NCBI GenBank assembly: GCA_965178125.1
Contig: OZ237744.1
Span: 310,001 to 374,000 of the forward strand
DNA length: 64,000 nt
Reading direction: 5' to 3'
Source: Bilabrum cf. latius
Taxonomy: Eukaryota
Below the pieces are notes generated by a model. It was not told where the DNA came from. It ran no database searches and saw only the letters and a program-made list of their open reading frames with translations. Below are positions 37,440 to 50,000 of the stretch, piece after piece. Position 1 is the first letter of the stretch; each line of letters starts with the position of its first letter. The translations under genes were made by a program, and so were the position numbers.

Positions 37440-37868
37440 TCCGGCAGTTGAGCAGAAGCAGCAGCAGCAGCTGCCGGTCGGGCGCTCGCCGGCATGCCTC
37501 CTATCGCCCGAGTTCCACAGTGTGCACGAGCGCGTGCATCTGGTACCAACCACAAGTTGGTTGCGAATTGGCCTTATGTCTACTAGTAGGCTTGCACAGA
37601 CAATAAATTGACTAGAAGGGGGGGTCCTACTAGATCTAGTACCGGTACACTCCTGTTCCTGCCAGGTGCTGCCCACGGGCTACAGCAACCGCGGTGGTGA
37701 CGTCGTGGGGAAATTGCCGCGACTACCAGGCGCTTTGGATTGGATCATGCGATCTCCATTGTTGAACAGGATACTTGAACAGACTTTACCTGTTACTGCC
37801 AGTGAGGCCGTAGGTCTCCTCGCGACGACAAGCCAAGCCACGGCATACAGTGGCACGATGTTGCAGTC

Positions 37869-38273
37869 TCAGTCTCTGGCCCACGGCCAACCCTGCCCCA
37901 CTGCGGAAGAATTATTATCAGAATCATTCCCCATTTCGCTGGCACTATCAGCATGGTTTGATCCCTCTTTGCCAAATGCATCGCCCCAAGCTGTGTCCAT
38001 TGATTCCGCTGTTAAACGGGTTGATGCGAATCCAACTTGTCGGCGAAGTATCCCGAGCTGCTACGCCCCAATTGCCATGCAATCCTTTATCTTCTAAGGA
38101 TCTCGTAGGTGCCTGTTTTCTTCGAAGCGTGTCCGAACGTGCTGTACTGCATGCTTACGAGCCTCTGTATCGAGCGACTGAGCAGCTCGCAAGAAATCCC
38201 TGTACAGACGCACTGCTTTGGCCTTGGATAAAAAGAAAGAGAGGCCCAGGCCGTCCTTAGGTAGCCTGGGCAT
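37869..38273 (-). CDS. LYR-motif mitochondrial protein, LYRM2-like (~134 aa)
   Basis: AVRLYRDFLR...VRTRFEENR, then through TAG 38094 and 38061 to KIKDCMAIGA*QL...VGQGWPWARD, ending at TGA 37869. Confidence 0.75.
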
Positions 38274-38382
38274 CGCAGATTTGGCGTATGAAAAAAGCAC
38301 CACGCATCAATTCGATCGGAGCTTATCTATGCCTCACACTCAAACAAAGAAAGGCCGACAGTATCCGAGACCCCTGTAGACT

Positions 38383-40043
38383 ATGTTGGCCCGTCTTTCA
38401 TCTCGAGTTTCGCGCGGTGCTTCACGCATGACTAAGAGTCTTGCAATGGCAAGCTCAGCTGGCTCGTCCAGGCGCTTCATTTCGTTTGATCTGACGGAAG
38501 ACTAGCGAGCTCTGCAAAACACGGCTAGGGAGTTCGCTTTGAAGGAGATGATCCCGGTCGAGCGCAAGTACGACGAGTCTATGGAGTACCCTCTTGATGT
38601 TTTTGACAAGGCATGGGAGCTTGGTCTCGTGAACTCCCACATTCCCGAGGTCAGAACCGAATCCAGTCGTTGCCAATCGGCCACATCAATCACGACACTT
38701 CGCCTAGTTTGTAGCCCATTGTATCGTTGCTGTGCTCGACTTCTACGCAGGACTGTGGAGGACTTGGATTGCATTCTCTTGAGGGTGTGATCATTGGCGA
38801 GGAGATGGCATACGGGTGCACTGGCATGATGACTGCCATTGAGGCCAACTCGCTGGTGAGAGCGAGCAAAGGAGCGACATCGCCGAGCATTGGAGCGCTC
38901 GGTCGTTTGTCGTATCGTATTTTTTGAGGCACTATCCCAAACTTAAACCTCTTTAGGCGCCCGAGCCTTTCTGCTGGATCTTCGTGCTTCTTCTATGCTG
39001 CCACTTGCTCGCCCGCTCGCAGGCAGAAGCCCCTTTGATCGTCGCCGGCAGCGACGCTCTCAAGAAGAAATACCTCGGCAAGATGACCGAGGAGCCCTTC
39101 CAGGCCGCATACTGCGTCACCGAGCCCCAGGCAGGCTCCGACGTGGCAGGCACCAAGACCCACGCCAAGAAGGTCGGCGACAAGTGGGTCCTGAACGGGA
39201 ACAAGATGTGGATCACCAACGGCGGGGCACCCAGGGTAGACTGGTACTTTGTCATGGCAAAGACCGACGAGTCTGCCAACGCCGGGTCTGCCTTCACCGG
39301 ATTCATCGTGGACGCCAACAGCCCGGGGATCACCTAGGGCAAGAAGGAGATCAACATGGGCCAGAGGTGCAGCGACACCCGCGCCATCTTCTTCGAGGAC
39401 GTGGAGATTCCCGATGAGAACCGCGTCGGAGACGTGGGATTCGGATTCAAGGTGGCCATGAAGGCCTTCGACTTCACCAGGCCCCCGTGAGGCATTTTTG
39501 TGTGTCCGATCGGAGCTAGTCGGTTGCCCAATTCGCCTCGTCTCCAAGGCACAGTCTGCATGATTGGCCCCCCAGCCCCCTCTCCGCTGTACGCCGCCCT
39601 CTATATTCGTCCGCAGTGTCGCCGCCGGTGCCGTGGGTCTCTCCCGCCGCGCTCTCGACGAGGCCATCAAGTACTCCCTCGAGAGGAAGACCTTCGGGAA
39701 GCCCATCGCGGCCCACCAGGCCATCAGCTTCAAGATCGCCGACCTGGCCACTGAGATTGAGGCCGCTCGCCTGCTCACCTACAAGTCGGCTTCCCTCGTG
39801 GACAACGGCAAGCGCAACACGCACGTGGCCTCTATGGCCAAGCGGTTCGCTGGCGATCTCGTGCAGAAGGCTACGTACGAGGCCATCCAGGTCTTCGGTG
39901 GTGCCGGGTTCAACACCGAGTACCCCGTGGAGAAGCTGTACCGCGACGCCCGCATCTACGCGCTGTACGAGGGCACGTCCGAGATCCAGAAGGTCATCAT
40001 CAGCCGCGATATTCTGGGCAACCCCGACCTCGTCACCCCGTGA
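38383..40043 (+). CDS. ACADM: Medium-chain acyl-CoA dehydrogenase, mitochondrial, 4 exons
   Basis: Arg/Ser-rich presequence. Motifs [76 protein letters not shown]. Introns 38650-38750, 38856-39022, 39487-39616. TAG at 38503 and 39335, ends at TGA. Confidence 0.95.
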
Positions 40044-40428
40044 AGAAGGGAAAGCGTGATTTGATTGATAGAGTTCTTGCGTTTGAGTGAGGCGCAGGGC
40101 GAGTGGAAGACCAAGGGGTTCCAACTTGCGGTAGACGGTGCAGTTGGAGGTCTGCAGTTCTCGTGCGTCTTGGTACGTGTTCTCTCCAAAAGCTCCGCCA
40201 CTAGCACATGCCAACTAGTATCCGCATACAGACGACTCACCACTCGCACTCCGCTGGACTTCCTATCCTCTGCTCTGATCACCAGAGCAGGCAGCGGAAC
40301 CTCGACCCGCGCAGGTGCTCCAGCTGCCCATTGGCACGCAAATTCGACGAGACATACGTCTTAAGCGGCATGAACTAATGGAAGATTGTGTACGATAGGC
40401 CATAAATGCCCCAAACGACCTAGACAGC

Positions 40429-43400
40429 ATGCCTAGCGTTTGCAGGGGGCTTGCATAGAAGTTGGTTTTAAACGGTTTACCTCTTCGAGCTAGCCAAGTT
40501 GTCCCTCTATTTGCCGAAGACGAGCCTCTAGCTAATGCAATATTAAGGTCTTTAGACAGCTCGGGTGGCAGTGCCGCGACTGCGCCAACTCTGCTGGCTT
40601 CAGTGCAACTGGCCGTTGCCGACGTTCAAGAAATCGCAAGCAAGATGGGCGCAATGTGGCCGTGCGTGCTCGCAATTGTTACCTCGGAATACAATGCAGA
40701 ATCTAGATTACTTCAGCTGCTGCGAGATGCTGGTCTTTCAATGACAGGGTAGGGTGCTGGAGGGTACGTTTTGTCGCTCCATGCGTTCAAGCCCGGCTTT
40801 CCTCCACTGCTAGTCAGCAGAGGCAATGTAGGTGGAAACGGTGCAGCGGTGTCGAAGCTTGATCCAATGAATTGTTCTGGTAGCCGTGGGGTGGACCTTC
40901 ATAAGCATGTAGCAATCCGTGCGAGCCAGCCAAAGCCGGCTGGGGATACTGGCAGGCTGCAATCGTGGCAACGCTTGGAACCGCCATAGCTTGCGGTTGA
41001 ATCAAGCGGGATACTCAGTTCGCAGCAGCCACCCAGCGTGTACGCCAGCGTGTCGCCGAGCAACGACCCGATCGAGGATGCTCACTTCACGTTCTTTGAG
41101 CCGAGGTCGCGGTGCACGGTCGTGGGCGTTCTGGACGGGCACGGGGGCGACCACTGCGCCGATTTCGTGCGGCAAACACTCCCGCCCTTGTTGGCCACGC
41201 ATCTTCACAGGCTCGGACCGGCTCCTGCAGCGACTGTGACTGGGGCAGTGGCAGGGGCTAGCGACTCGGCTTTTCGAAGCGCGCCGTCGCCGTCCATGAC
41301 CTTGGCGTAGTGGCTGGAATCGATTCGCAAGAGCCTCATGCACGCGTTCGTGGAAGTGGATTTACTGTTCCGCAAGTCGCTCGCGGCGCCCGTTCGGAAG
41401 AACAACTCCAGGGGCCGCATACTGGGATGCCACTACAACGCGGGCGCCTGCGGGCTAGTGGTGGTGCTCGGGGGCGGGCATGCTGTCAGCGCCAATGTGG
41501 GCGACAGTAGGGCCGTGATGGGGTCTGCCGTGCCTATTGCCGGCTCCCCTAGTAGCAGTAGCAGCAATGCCAGGAGTGCTGAGGGCCTCCATGCAGCCTC
41601 GTCCTCGTCGGGTATGCAGGCTTCATCTACTGGTAGTGTTGCGCTTGCTCCGTCTGCGTCTCCTCCAGGTGCCGATAGCAACCTGCCCAGTCCAGTGGAA
41701 CCCGAGTGCGAGATGCTTTGCCCTACCGGACTGACCAATGAGGAGTACGCTATCCTTGCTGGGGTCAATCCAGTCAGGGTGAGGCCCAAGCCACTCACCA
41801 CCGACCACAACTGCAGGAATCCACAGGAGCGAGCAGCCGTATTTCGGCGAACCACAGACCCAATCCCGTTTCGAAACAGGCCAATTGTATCAGCTTCCAA
41901 GCAGCGCGGATCACAGGCAGCTAGATCTACAGCGGTGAGCCCGGCCGTGGCCTCGGTGCCGCCTCAGCATCGGGCCTCCAAGTAGGCAGGCAAGCCAGAC
42001 AGCAAGCATTCGCCCAGCGCTGTATTGCCGGTGCCTGCACCTGCATCTAGCAGCTAGGAGGCTCCAGGGCGGCTAGAGGGGCAGTCAGCAGCTATGGCAT
42101 CCGAGGAATTTTCGGGGCGGAGCGCCGACGAGAACACGGATGAGGCGCTGTCGATGGAGGCAAGCGCACTCTCTCTCGACCTCGACCTGGATCCACCCGA
42201 GCTGAACGATGGGCGTCACTTGGGCGGCAGAGGCGGTACTGTGTAGGCCGCGGTTGAACCCTCGTCGCCAAATTCCGGGCCTGCAGCCGCGAAGACTGCG
42301 GGAGCTGGTGCCTCATCGTCCGGCAGCCATCTTGGAGCATCGTCTGGCAGAGGGCACTCGAAGCCAGCAACTGCGGCCCGCTCCGAGTTGAAGCCAGCCA
42401 GGGGAGGGCTACAAGTGTAGTCCTCGGCGGGGGCTATCCAGTCGTCTTCGTCATCCATAAAGGCCGCATCGTCCGCCCGATCGACCCGCCCGTCAGCGCA
42501 AGGCCAGGCATTCGACCGGCTCGCGGGAGTAATGATGGTCACTCGGGCGTTCGGAAATGCGTTTCTCAAGTGGCCAGGGTACTCCGTGGGGCCCTTCAGT
42601 GACCACCTTCCGTACCTCACTGCGCTGCCTGAGGTAACAGTGACGAAATTGAGCCCCGTTGACCTATTTCTAGTGGTTGCTTGCGATGGCGTGTGGGAAA
42701 ACGTGTCCAACCAGCAGGTAGTCAACGCGGTCACCGGCCGGCTGTACGTCGAGCACTGTTCTCGTCGAGCTGCCGCGGAGTACGCTTGGCTTAGCAGGCT
42801 AGACGCTGCCGCGGCAAGATCTTCCTCCTCGTCCAATGCATCGTCGCCACAGTCAGTCGAGGCCGAAGCAGAGCTGAACGCAGGTGCTGCACCTGGCACA
42901 GTCGGTGCAGTTGGTCGTGCTCCAATAGCAGGAGTGAAACGGGCCCGCGACTCCAGTAAGTCTTTGGAGGACTGCCACCTAGCCGTGCCCCAGCTGCCTG
43001 GATTGCCAGTGTAGTTGGCATCTGGTACGAGTGCCCCAGTTGCGGTATCCGAGTCGGTTGTGCAGCGAACCATAGCTCCTTTCTCTGCATTTCCCGTGGT
43101 CTCAGCCGAGATTCCACGCAGTAGAATGCAGGTAGTCTCACATGCGAGCGGTGTCCTGTAGGGATATCATTCTGTTACCCCGAGCGCGGAATCCTCCAAC
43201 CAGCAGCGACCTGTCAGTGCTGCTGCAACCTCATCCTCATCATCATCATCTGCCTCAAGTACAGAGACCTCACCTCGGAAGTCAAGGCGAGAGGCAAGCA
43301 CAGGCACCGGCACGGCAAGGGGTTGCTTGACGGAGTACCAGATGACGGCATCGCTCGCCTCTAGACTCGCACCTCGCCTGGGCTGGGCCGAGAGCCTCGA

Positions 43401-44379
43401 CCACCGATCGCATGGGACCAAGGCCACGATCGATCTGGCCAACACACGAGATGCCCAGCACCCCGGCATTGAAATGGCCAGGCTAGAATCAATGCGAGTG
43501 AAGCACGTTTGTGGCAAGGGCGCAGGCAAGCCCACAGCTGGTAATCGTGCAACGAAGGGACGCTCTCCATACTCCAGCCCTTCCTCTCCCAAACACCACG
43601 GCAGCCATGACGGCGCTCATGACAGGCCGCCCTTTATGAGACCCAGATCTGGCCTGCAGCTGCGGCGCGTAGATTCCGCGAGCTCGGCGACGTCTCCCAC
43701 TGTTGACGGGTCAGGGGATGCAAAAGGGGCCAGCCAGCCCTCGCCCGATTCTGGAACTTACGCCACTAGAGGTGGTAAATATGGCAACTCTTCGATTGGA
43801 AGCGACACTAGATCTGGTGGTAGAAGCAGTGGGCGAGGCGGACCGGTTGCTGCGAGTGGGAGCGGCAGCAGCAGTGCGCATGCACCGATGGGCGGCAGCC
43901 GTGGGGCTGCAAGCAGCGAGATTCCACCGGCTTCATCGCATGCGTTGCAGCGGCTCGCCTGGCTCCACTTCGGACAGGAGGCGCTGCCCGCCTTGTACGA
44001 CGGCCGTGCCGGTGACTGTGCCCCAGCAGTCACCGGAAATGCAGCGTGGCGCCGCCGTCTTCTGGACCCTCGCTTGAATGATCCGGCCGCGAGAGTCGTC
44101 GGGGCTGCTCTTGTTCGGTCTTCGCAGCGGAGGAAGCAGCCGATGAAGGTTCGGGCGCTCCTCCGCGTGCCTCCGGGTAAGAAACGGAGGCAGATGGTCG
44201 ATGATGTGACATGCATTGTTGTGATGCTGCCGGGTGCCGATGAGTTGCTCACGCCGCGCTGGTCCGCGACGAGCACGATGGTGCAACCGGGTGGTGGCAA
44301 CAGTGAGCTGCAACCCAGCGGTCCGAGCGATTCACCTGTGCGATGGCATAAACGAGCGAAGATTGTAACCGAAAACTGA
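40429..44379 (+). CDS. PP2C/PPM-family protein phosphatase with long low-complexity insertions (~1316 aa)
   Basis: NDPIEDAH, GVLDGHGG, ANVGDSRAV, LTTDHN, VTRAFGN, PYLTALPEV, FLVVACDGVWE, DDVTCIVV all lie in one frame with only TAG interruptions. Ends at TGA 44377. Confidence 0.88.
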
Positions 44380-45317
44380 GAATGGATGTCAACTTTCGTC
44401 GGTTTCGACTACACTTCTTTGCTCGGCGATTCGCGGCATGCTTTTATTGCTACTGCATAATTTTGTAGTTCATGCCATGCTGGCCTGTGGCGACCGAAGC
44501 AGAGTCGAGGCAGCCGCGGCAAGCGGGATAGCAAGAGGCATAGAGCACATGCTTCGCATTGCAGACAAGAACATCAATGATGCTGCCGCTGTGCTCCTCG
44601 GGGATCTCGAGGGCAGCCTGAGCAGCGAGGAGACCGCCACGCTGTCGGTTCTCACTCGCCTAGTGGCCCTGCGTGGTGCCTGAGCGTGGCGTGATTCTGC
44701 GTGGTTGTACCCACAGATTTAGTTGATTCGTTGAATTCTCCGTCTAGCTTCTGCAACATGCAATCAAATGCAGGTACAAGACCGCTTCTTCTGCGAAGCG
44801 GCAGCAACACGGTCGCCCTGCGTCCAGGGCGAAGCAACCTCCTCAAGGCACTGCACCATGCCCTCCACCAAATTGCAACGTAATGCAAAGCACCACACCA
44901 TGCATGCATTCAAATGCTATAAGGTATAATTGCAAGAGCACAAACCTGCGATCCCTGCTTGGAGTCGTCGTTGCATCGCCACGTACAAGCCCTCGTTGCC
45001 GATGATCACGTACAAGGCGCTCTGCTCACACTATCGCTACCCAAACATATATATAGATACAAGTAAAGGCAGCTGCTCGGCACCAACACCCGAGTTTTCG
45101 AACGAGGCCCACGCCTGCCACGCGCCGACCCCACTACCTCCGTGCGTTCTGCTTTGAGATCGGGCAAGGCCTTTTCATGCCCGTCCACCTCACTTTATTG
45201 GGACTGTTCGTTGATTGTATCATTTATCTTCTTGGCACTTTGCAGGTCAGTGTCTGTCCTGTCTAAGCTGGCGACACGAACACAGCTCACGATCGAGAGA
45301 CTGGGAGCGCAGCAAGC

Positions 45318-46055
45318 TCAGAAGCTCGGGGGTGGCAGGGCCGATTCCATGAACGTCTTGACGGCCATGGGGCGATCATAGATACTGAGGTACTCGTCAG
45401 CACTCGCAGCCTTGTTCATCCTGGCGAGCCTGACCGCCACTGAATCAGGGGGCAGCATAGAAACGTGCTTGCTCTGCGCGCTGTCCCCGAACGCATCGAA
45501 TTCGTGGTCTGAGGCCGAGAGCGGCGGAGCATGCTTGGATAGTTCCAAGATTCGTCGGTAGACGGACCAGCAGGCTGGCGCAGGGTCCTCTGCATTGAAT
45601 GGCACTTCGCCGTACGCTCCAGGCGAGATTGAGGTCGCAATCGTGACTAGCCTGCCAAACAGGGGCAACGGACTGTCCTCAGTCGATGCAAGAATTCGAA
45701 CACTCTTAAACAATGTGAGAGTGTCCTCAGAATCTCCCCCAGCAGCCTTTGCCTTGTCGTCGTCTCCTCGTGTGTGTTTCTGGATAGCACGAACGAGGGA
45801 CACTACAGCCTCTGGCTGGCCATCCACCAACTAAAGCATGGAATTTTGCTGAACAAGAAGCAACCCGGTAAAGTGAGAATCTCGCTCTCGCTCTTCGTCT
45901 ATGAATGAATCAAAGAAAGCACTCAAGTGGTCCTGTGCGCCAGGCGCAAGCTCTGCGACCAGTAGCACGCGCGAATAGCTAACAACTTGCATCTCCTACG
46001 TCGCCACGCGATCCACAATTGATTTCATCAAATGGCCTGATGTTCCGACATCCAT
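45318..46055 (-). CDS. TEX47/C7orf62-like (BLUF-like fold) probable flagellar protein (~245 aa)
   Basis: Reading through TAG 45996 and 45831 gives SRVLLVAE...FTGLLLVQQNSML*LVDG...VRILASTEDSPLPLF, the pattern of TEX47-family proteins as I recall it. Ends at TGA 45318. Confidence 0.6.
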
Positions 46056-47002
46056 ATTTGGGCAGTGCGTCCAAAGAGTGGGGAATTCCGTCGTCAACGG
46101 ACAATGCGACAAACCGGAACTGTGGTTCGGTATTGGCACGCAAGGGTTTGGGTTAGTTATGGACTTTTGGTGGACGTAATGCAAAGATTTCCGTCCGATC
46201 GACGGATCTGCGAAGACATCTGAGTACTAGTGGGCTCTACCAAGCTATGCGATGGAGGGAGCCCTTTGCCGACGTGTCCGTGAGCCTCCCCTCCCCCACT
46301 GGCCTTCCAACCCATCCCTTCGTGTCTCCCGCACTGAACAAATATAGCGCTCAGAACTCATAGCTTGTATTTTTAGCTGCATTTGCAGTGGCACAGTCCA
46401 AAGCAGCTGATGTAGAGGTAGGACTAGCACTCCCAGCGGTGGGGCAGGAAGTGCAGCAGAGACAAGGGCATGTCATAAGACGCTGGTTGTTGGGACCCGC
46501 AGCTGTATGACAGAACTGAGGAGGTGGTGTCAATCGTTGCGCCAACGGCTTGGCCATGGACCGCGTGCATTCAGCGGAGGGGGGGTGACGAAGGGTCGCG
46601 AGACGCTAATAGCAGGATGAAGAAGGGCGCGACACGAGACATGGCCGATGAACGGTACGTACTACCAAACCGTCATTTGATGAGACGTTAGCAGCCCTTG
46701 CAAATACGGGCTGTGCTTAACCACTCTATTACTACCCGAGCAAATGCTGCTGAAACCACCCGAGCAAATGCTGCGCAAGAGGCGCGGGGATAGGTGACGG
46801 CCAGCTTGCTGCTGCAGTTGGTCGCAAACTTGGCAACCAAGAGTGGAAGCCAGTTTTAATTCCAAGTTTGTTTGATATAAACAAGCGAAGCACGACAGCG
46901 ATAGACGACGATATCGACACGAGTATCTGTGAAGCATTCTCTGCCACCCAGCAGAAAAGGATCGCGGCAGCCCGTTCTGGACTGTGTCGGAGGTGTTCGA
47001 GG

Positions 47003-50000
47003 ATGCTGCAAACTGAAGTGGCAGCAGACAAACAAAGAGGCGAGCACCACGTATGTACAATATACGGGGGTAATTCAGGTTGCTGGCTTATTGCTGTTGC
47101 CTCTGGATGCCTGTTGGTGTCCGTAATCATTACAATGGCATCGGTTCGGGAGCAAAGGCTCCGACTGCTTGATTCCTTTGAAGCGACAGCCCAGCTTCGG
47201 GTTAGCACGGAGATGCAAGCATTCCATGACCACTTTCCTGAAGTGGATACTTTGAGGGTTGCCCTCGGCGGGGAAGCCCAGGCAACGTAGCCGTTTGGCT
47301 GTCGACCTCTCACAAGTGAGAGTGTGGCCGATCGCATCACAAAAAGTAATCCTGGAAGCGTTTCGGGAGTAGGATTCGCTAAAGAGGTAGATAGAGTGCA
47401 TCTAGGCCCATTGGCGGATATTCTTGCACGAGAGTACGCGAACAGCACCAGGTTCAAGTTTTGCTCACTACGAGCCATCGGGACACGGGGCCTGCTGCCT
47501 CTCTCTGCCGCTAACCAAACTCAAATTCGGCCTCGCCGCGCCCTTCCTCTTACTATGGTTGGAGACTTCAACGGTTCCACAGCAAACGTGATCGGTCTGG
47601 ACCTGTCAACAAATCTGCCTCGGTACCAAGCCATGGAGGCTGCTGCCCTTGCAAACAGGATCGCCGTCACGAGACCGCTACAGCTTGCCTCTCGAACAGG
47701 GCTAACTCGAGGCGTATTGGTCACTGCGCCTGTGTACTCTACTTTGGGTACGCGGAGCGGCGATCGGCTGGTGAACCTTCCTGATGGGATCGACGTCCAA
47801 GCCCGGGCTGGTGACGAAGTGCCAGGCATCAACCGTATCACCGGAGACTAGAGGCGGGTTCAGCAGGAGCAGTACACACACAACGCGAGCGATCCGTGCG
47901 GAGAGGCCTTCAGGGCCGTGTGCCTGCCCTTCACCTCTGCAGAAGACGCGCTGGCTGCCTACAACCAGAGCCTCATCGACGTGCAAGAGGGCAGGAGGGA
48001 GCACCCCCTGGAGCCGTGCAGCAGCAGGTGCGTGAACGGGCATCTGTTTCGGGGCCACGCAGTGGCTATCTTCTTCTTTGCAGCTATATCCAAGGAAGCA
48101 GATCTGGTACGTGACCTTGAGTCTCCGGTTGCCCTCTACAGCGAAGACGTGACCGATTTGGTATTAGAGGCCCAGGAGAGGCTGAGCGATGGAGCGGGTG
48201 GATTGACGGGGGAAAGAGAGAGGGAATACGACGATTATGCGTATGCCGTCGCAACACCGTAGTTTTAGGAGCTGAGTCGCGTGTCCTTGTTCGACTTGTT
48301 TTCTGCGGGCACTAAGAATGATGCAACAATGCTGACAAGACACGACGTCTCTGCGGGGCTGGGCTAGTTCTAGTACGCCCTTAACGATGCCAGCAAGTTA
48401 CAGGACCCTGCATCGGATGAAACTCAAGAGCAAGTGCTAGGATTTGTGCATGGACGCGCCTCAGGGAGCACGCGGGAGGTGCTGGGGTACCTTGTTCCGG
48501 TGGGCAACAGGGTGTGGTCCATCCACGTGGCGGTGACGGACGAATTCTTCCAGAGCCATAGCACATCAGCAGTATTGATTCCCATTGTATTCGGGGGCCT
48601 AATGACGGTTGCAGTAACAGCCTTAGTCGCTGTGGGCTTCGCAGCAACAAGAGCTTAGCAACTGCGAGACAACCGAGAACGGTCTGAGCAGAAAGCTAGG
48701 TTCGAGGCTGCCTAGAAAGCCCACGAGATTATGGTGTCCTTCGTGGTACACGAACAGCGAAATCCCCTGCATCTGTGCAGTGGTAGCCTAAGCATGCTAA
48801 AAGAGGCCTCAGTCAGTGTGGGCAATGCCACTAAACGAGCCATGGCCGTGCTTGAAGGGGCTCTTGTGGAAAACATGAAGGTGTCAACACAGTGTCAGAT
48901 AGTGGCTCATCACTTACTGCAAGCTGCGGAGGTAAATGACAGGTCTGGGATACAAAGTGACGGTACTGCTGCTGCTGCTAGTGGGTCAGACCCTCGACTT
49001 GTAGAACAGGTGAAAGCGCTGCAAGCTCTAGGATCAGCTAAACGAAGTCTGCATGCCGGGCACCAGAAGTTGGAGGGAGCCGCGCACCTGCTTAAGTCCG
49101 TATAGGACCAAATTAAGGCCAATGATGGCGATTTGAGCGTCATCCACCAGGGCACAGAGACACTACACCGGCTAGTGAACGACCTGCTTGACCTCAGCAG
49201 GCTGCATCAGGGCAAGCTGCCCATCGCTCCCGCGCCCATTGACCCACGCAAGCTAATTGCGACAGTGGCTTCGAGTCATCAATCCTTTGCAGAAGTCCCT
49301 TTGCGCTTCAACGTTTCTGCTTCTGTACCTCTGGTGATCGTGGCAGATGAGCTCAGAATCACCCAGATCCTCGCAAAGTGAGCTATAATTGTATCTGAAC
49401 TACAGGCATTGCCACTTGATTTCTCACCGTTTAGTACCTTCTTGCTTGACCTCTCATCATGTATACAACTTGCCTACGCAGTGGCCTGACGAATGCGGCC
49501 AAGTTCTGCAGGAAAGGGTATATTCTCGTGGACTTGCGAGTGGAGATGAGGCCAATGAGTAGGCCTGTCGCGGAGGAAGACATTCAGTCAAGCAGGCTGG
49601 CCCGTATCTATGGTGAGGCTGTCAGCACGGCCCACCAGGGTTCTGCAGGCAGCAATTTTGGTCCTGGATCGCTGCTAGATGCCGCTTCGACGCGAGAAGC
49701 ACGAATGCTGCAGTGGATCAAGCATCACGACAATGCAGTCAGCAATGATGAGGATGGGCCTGGCGCAGTCTAGCCTGACGACGAGAAGACGTTCCAGGCT
49801 GCGGGCGACGAAGAAACCAAAAGGACTTTAGGAATGGTCTCTCATAGCGAGTCACCGCGGCGAGGCATGTGTGAGCAGGTGAGCTGCGGGTGCGGTCCCG
49901 GGAGGAGCATGCCCTCTTCGACAGAGCGGTACGATACCACGGCAGCTGACTTGAGGTAGGAGCAGCTAGATTCGTGCATCGAGTTGTGCGGTGGATCACG

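Noticed and set aside
39335-39337. TAG = Leu or pyrrolysine
   Set aside because: This ACADM site aligns with a variable, often hydrophobic position, but three well-conserved sites (12248, 13658, 38503) point to Gln. Pyrrolysine is unknown in eukaryotes and could not explain this density.
44438-44683. 81-aa helical-looking ORF between PP2C and the TEX47-like gene
   Set aside because: Protein-like composition but no recognisable family, and it starts only ~60 bp after the PP2C stop. It could be a small gene or fragment, but I cannot support it.
46247-46753. Possible upstream exons of the histidine kinase
   Set aside because: Donor-like GTGAGC (46280) and GTACGT (46655) exist, but I could not build a model with a YGCAG acceptor and an open frame.
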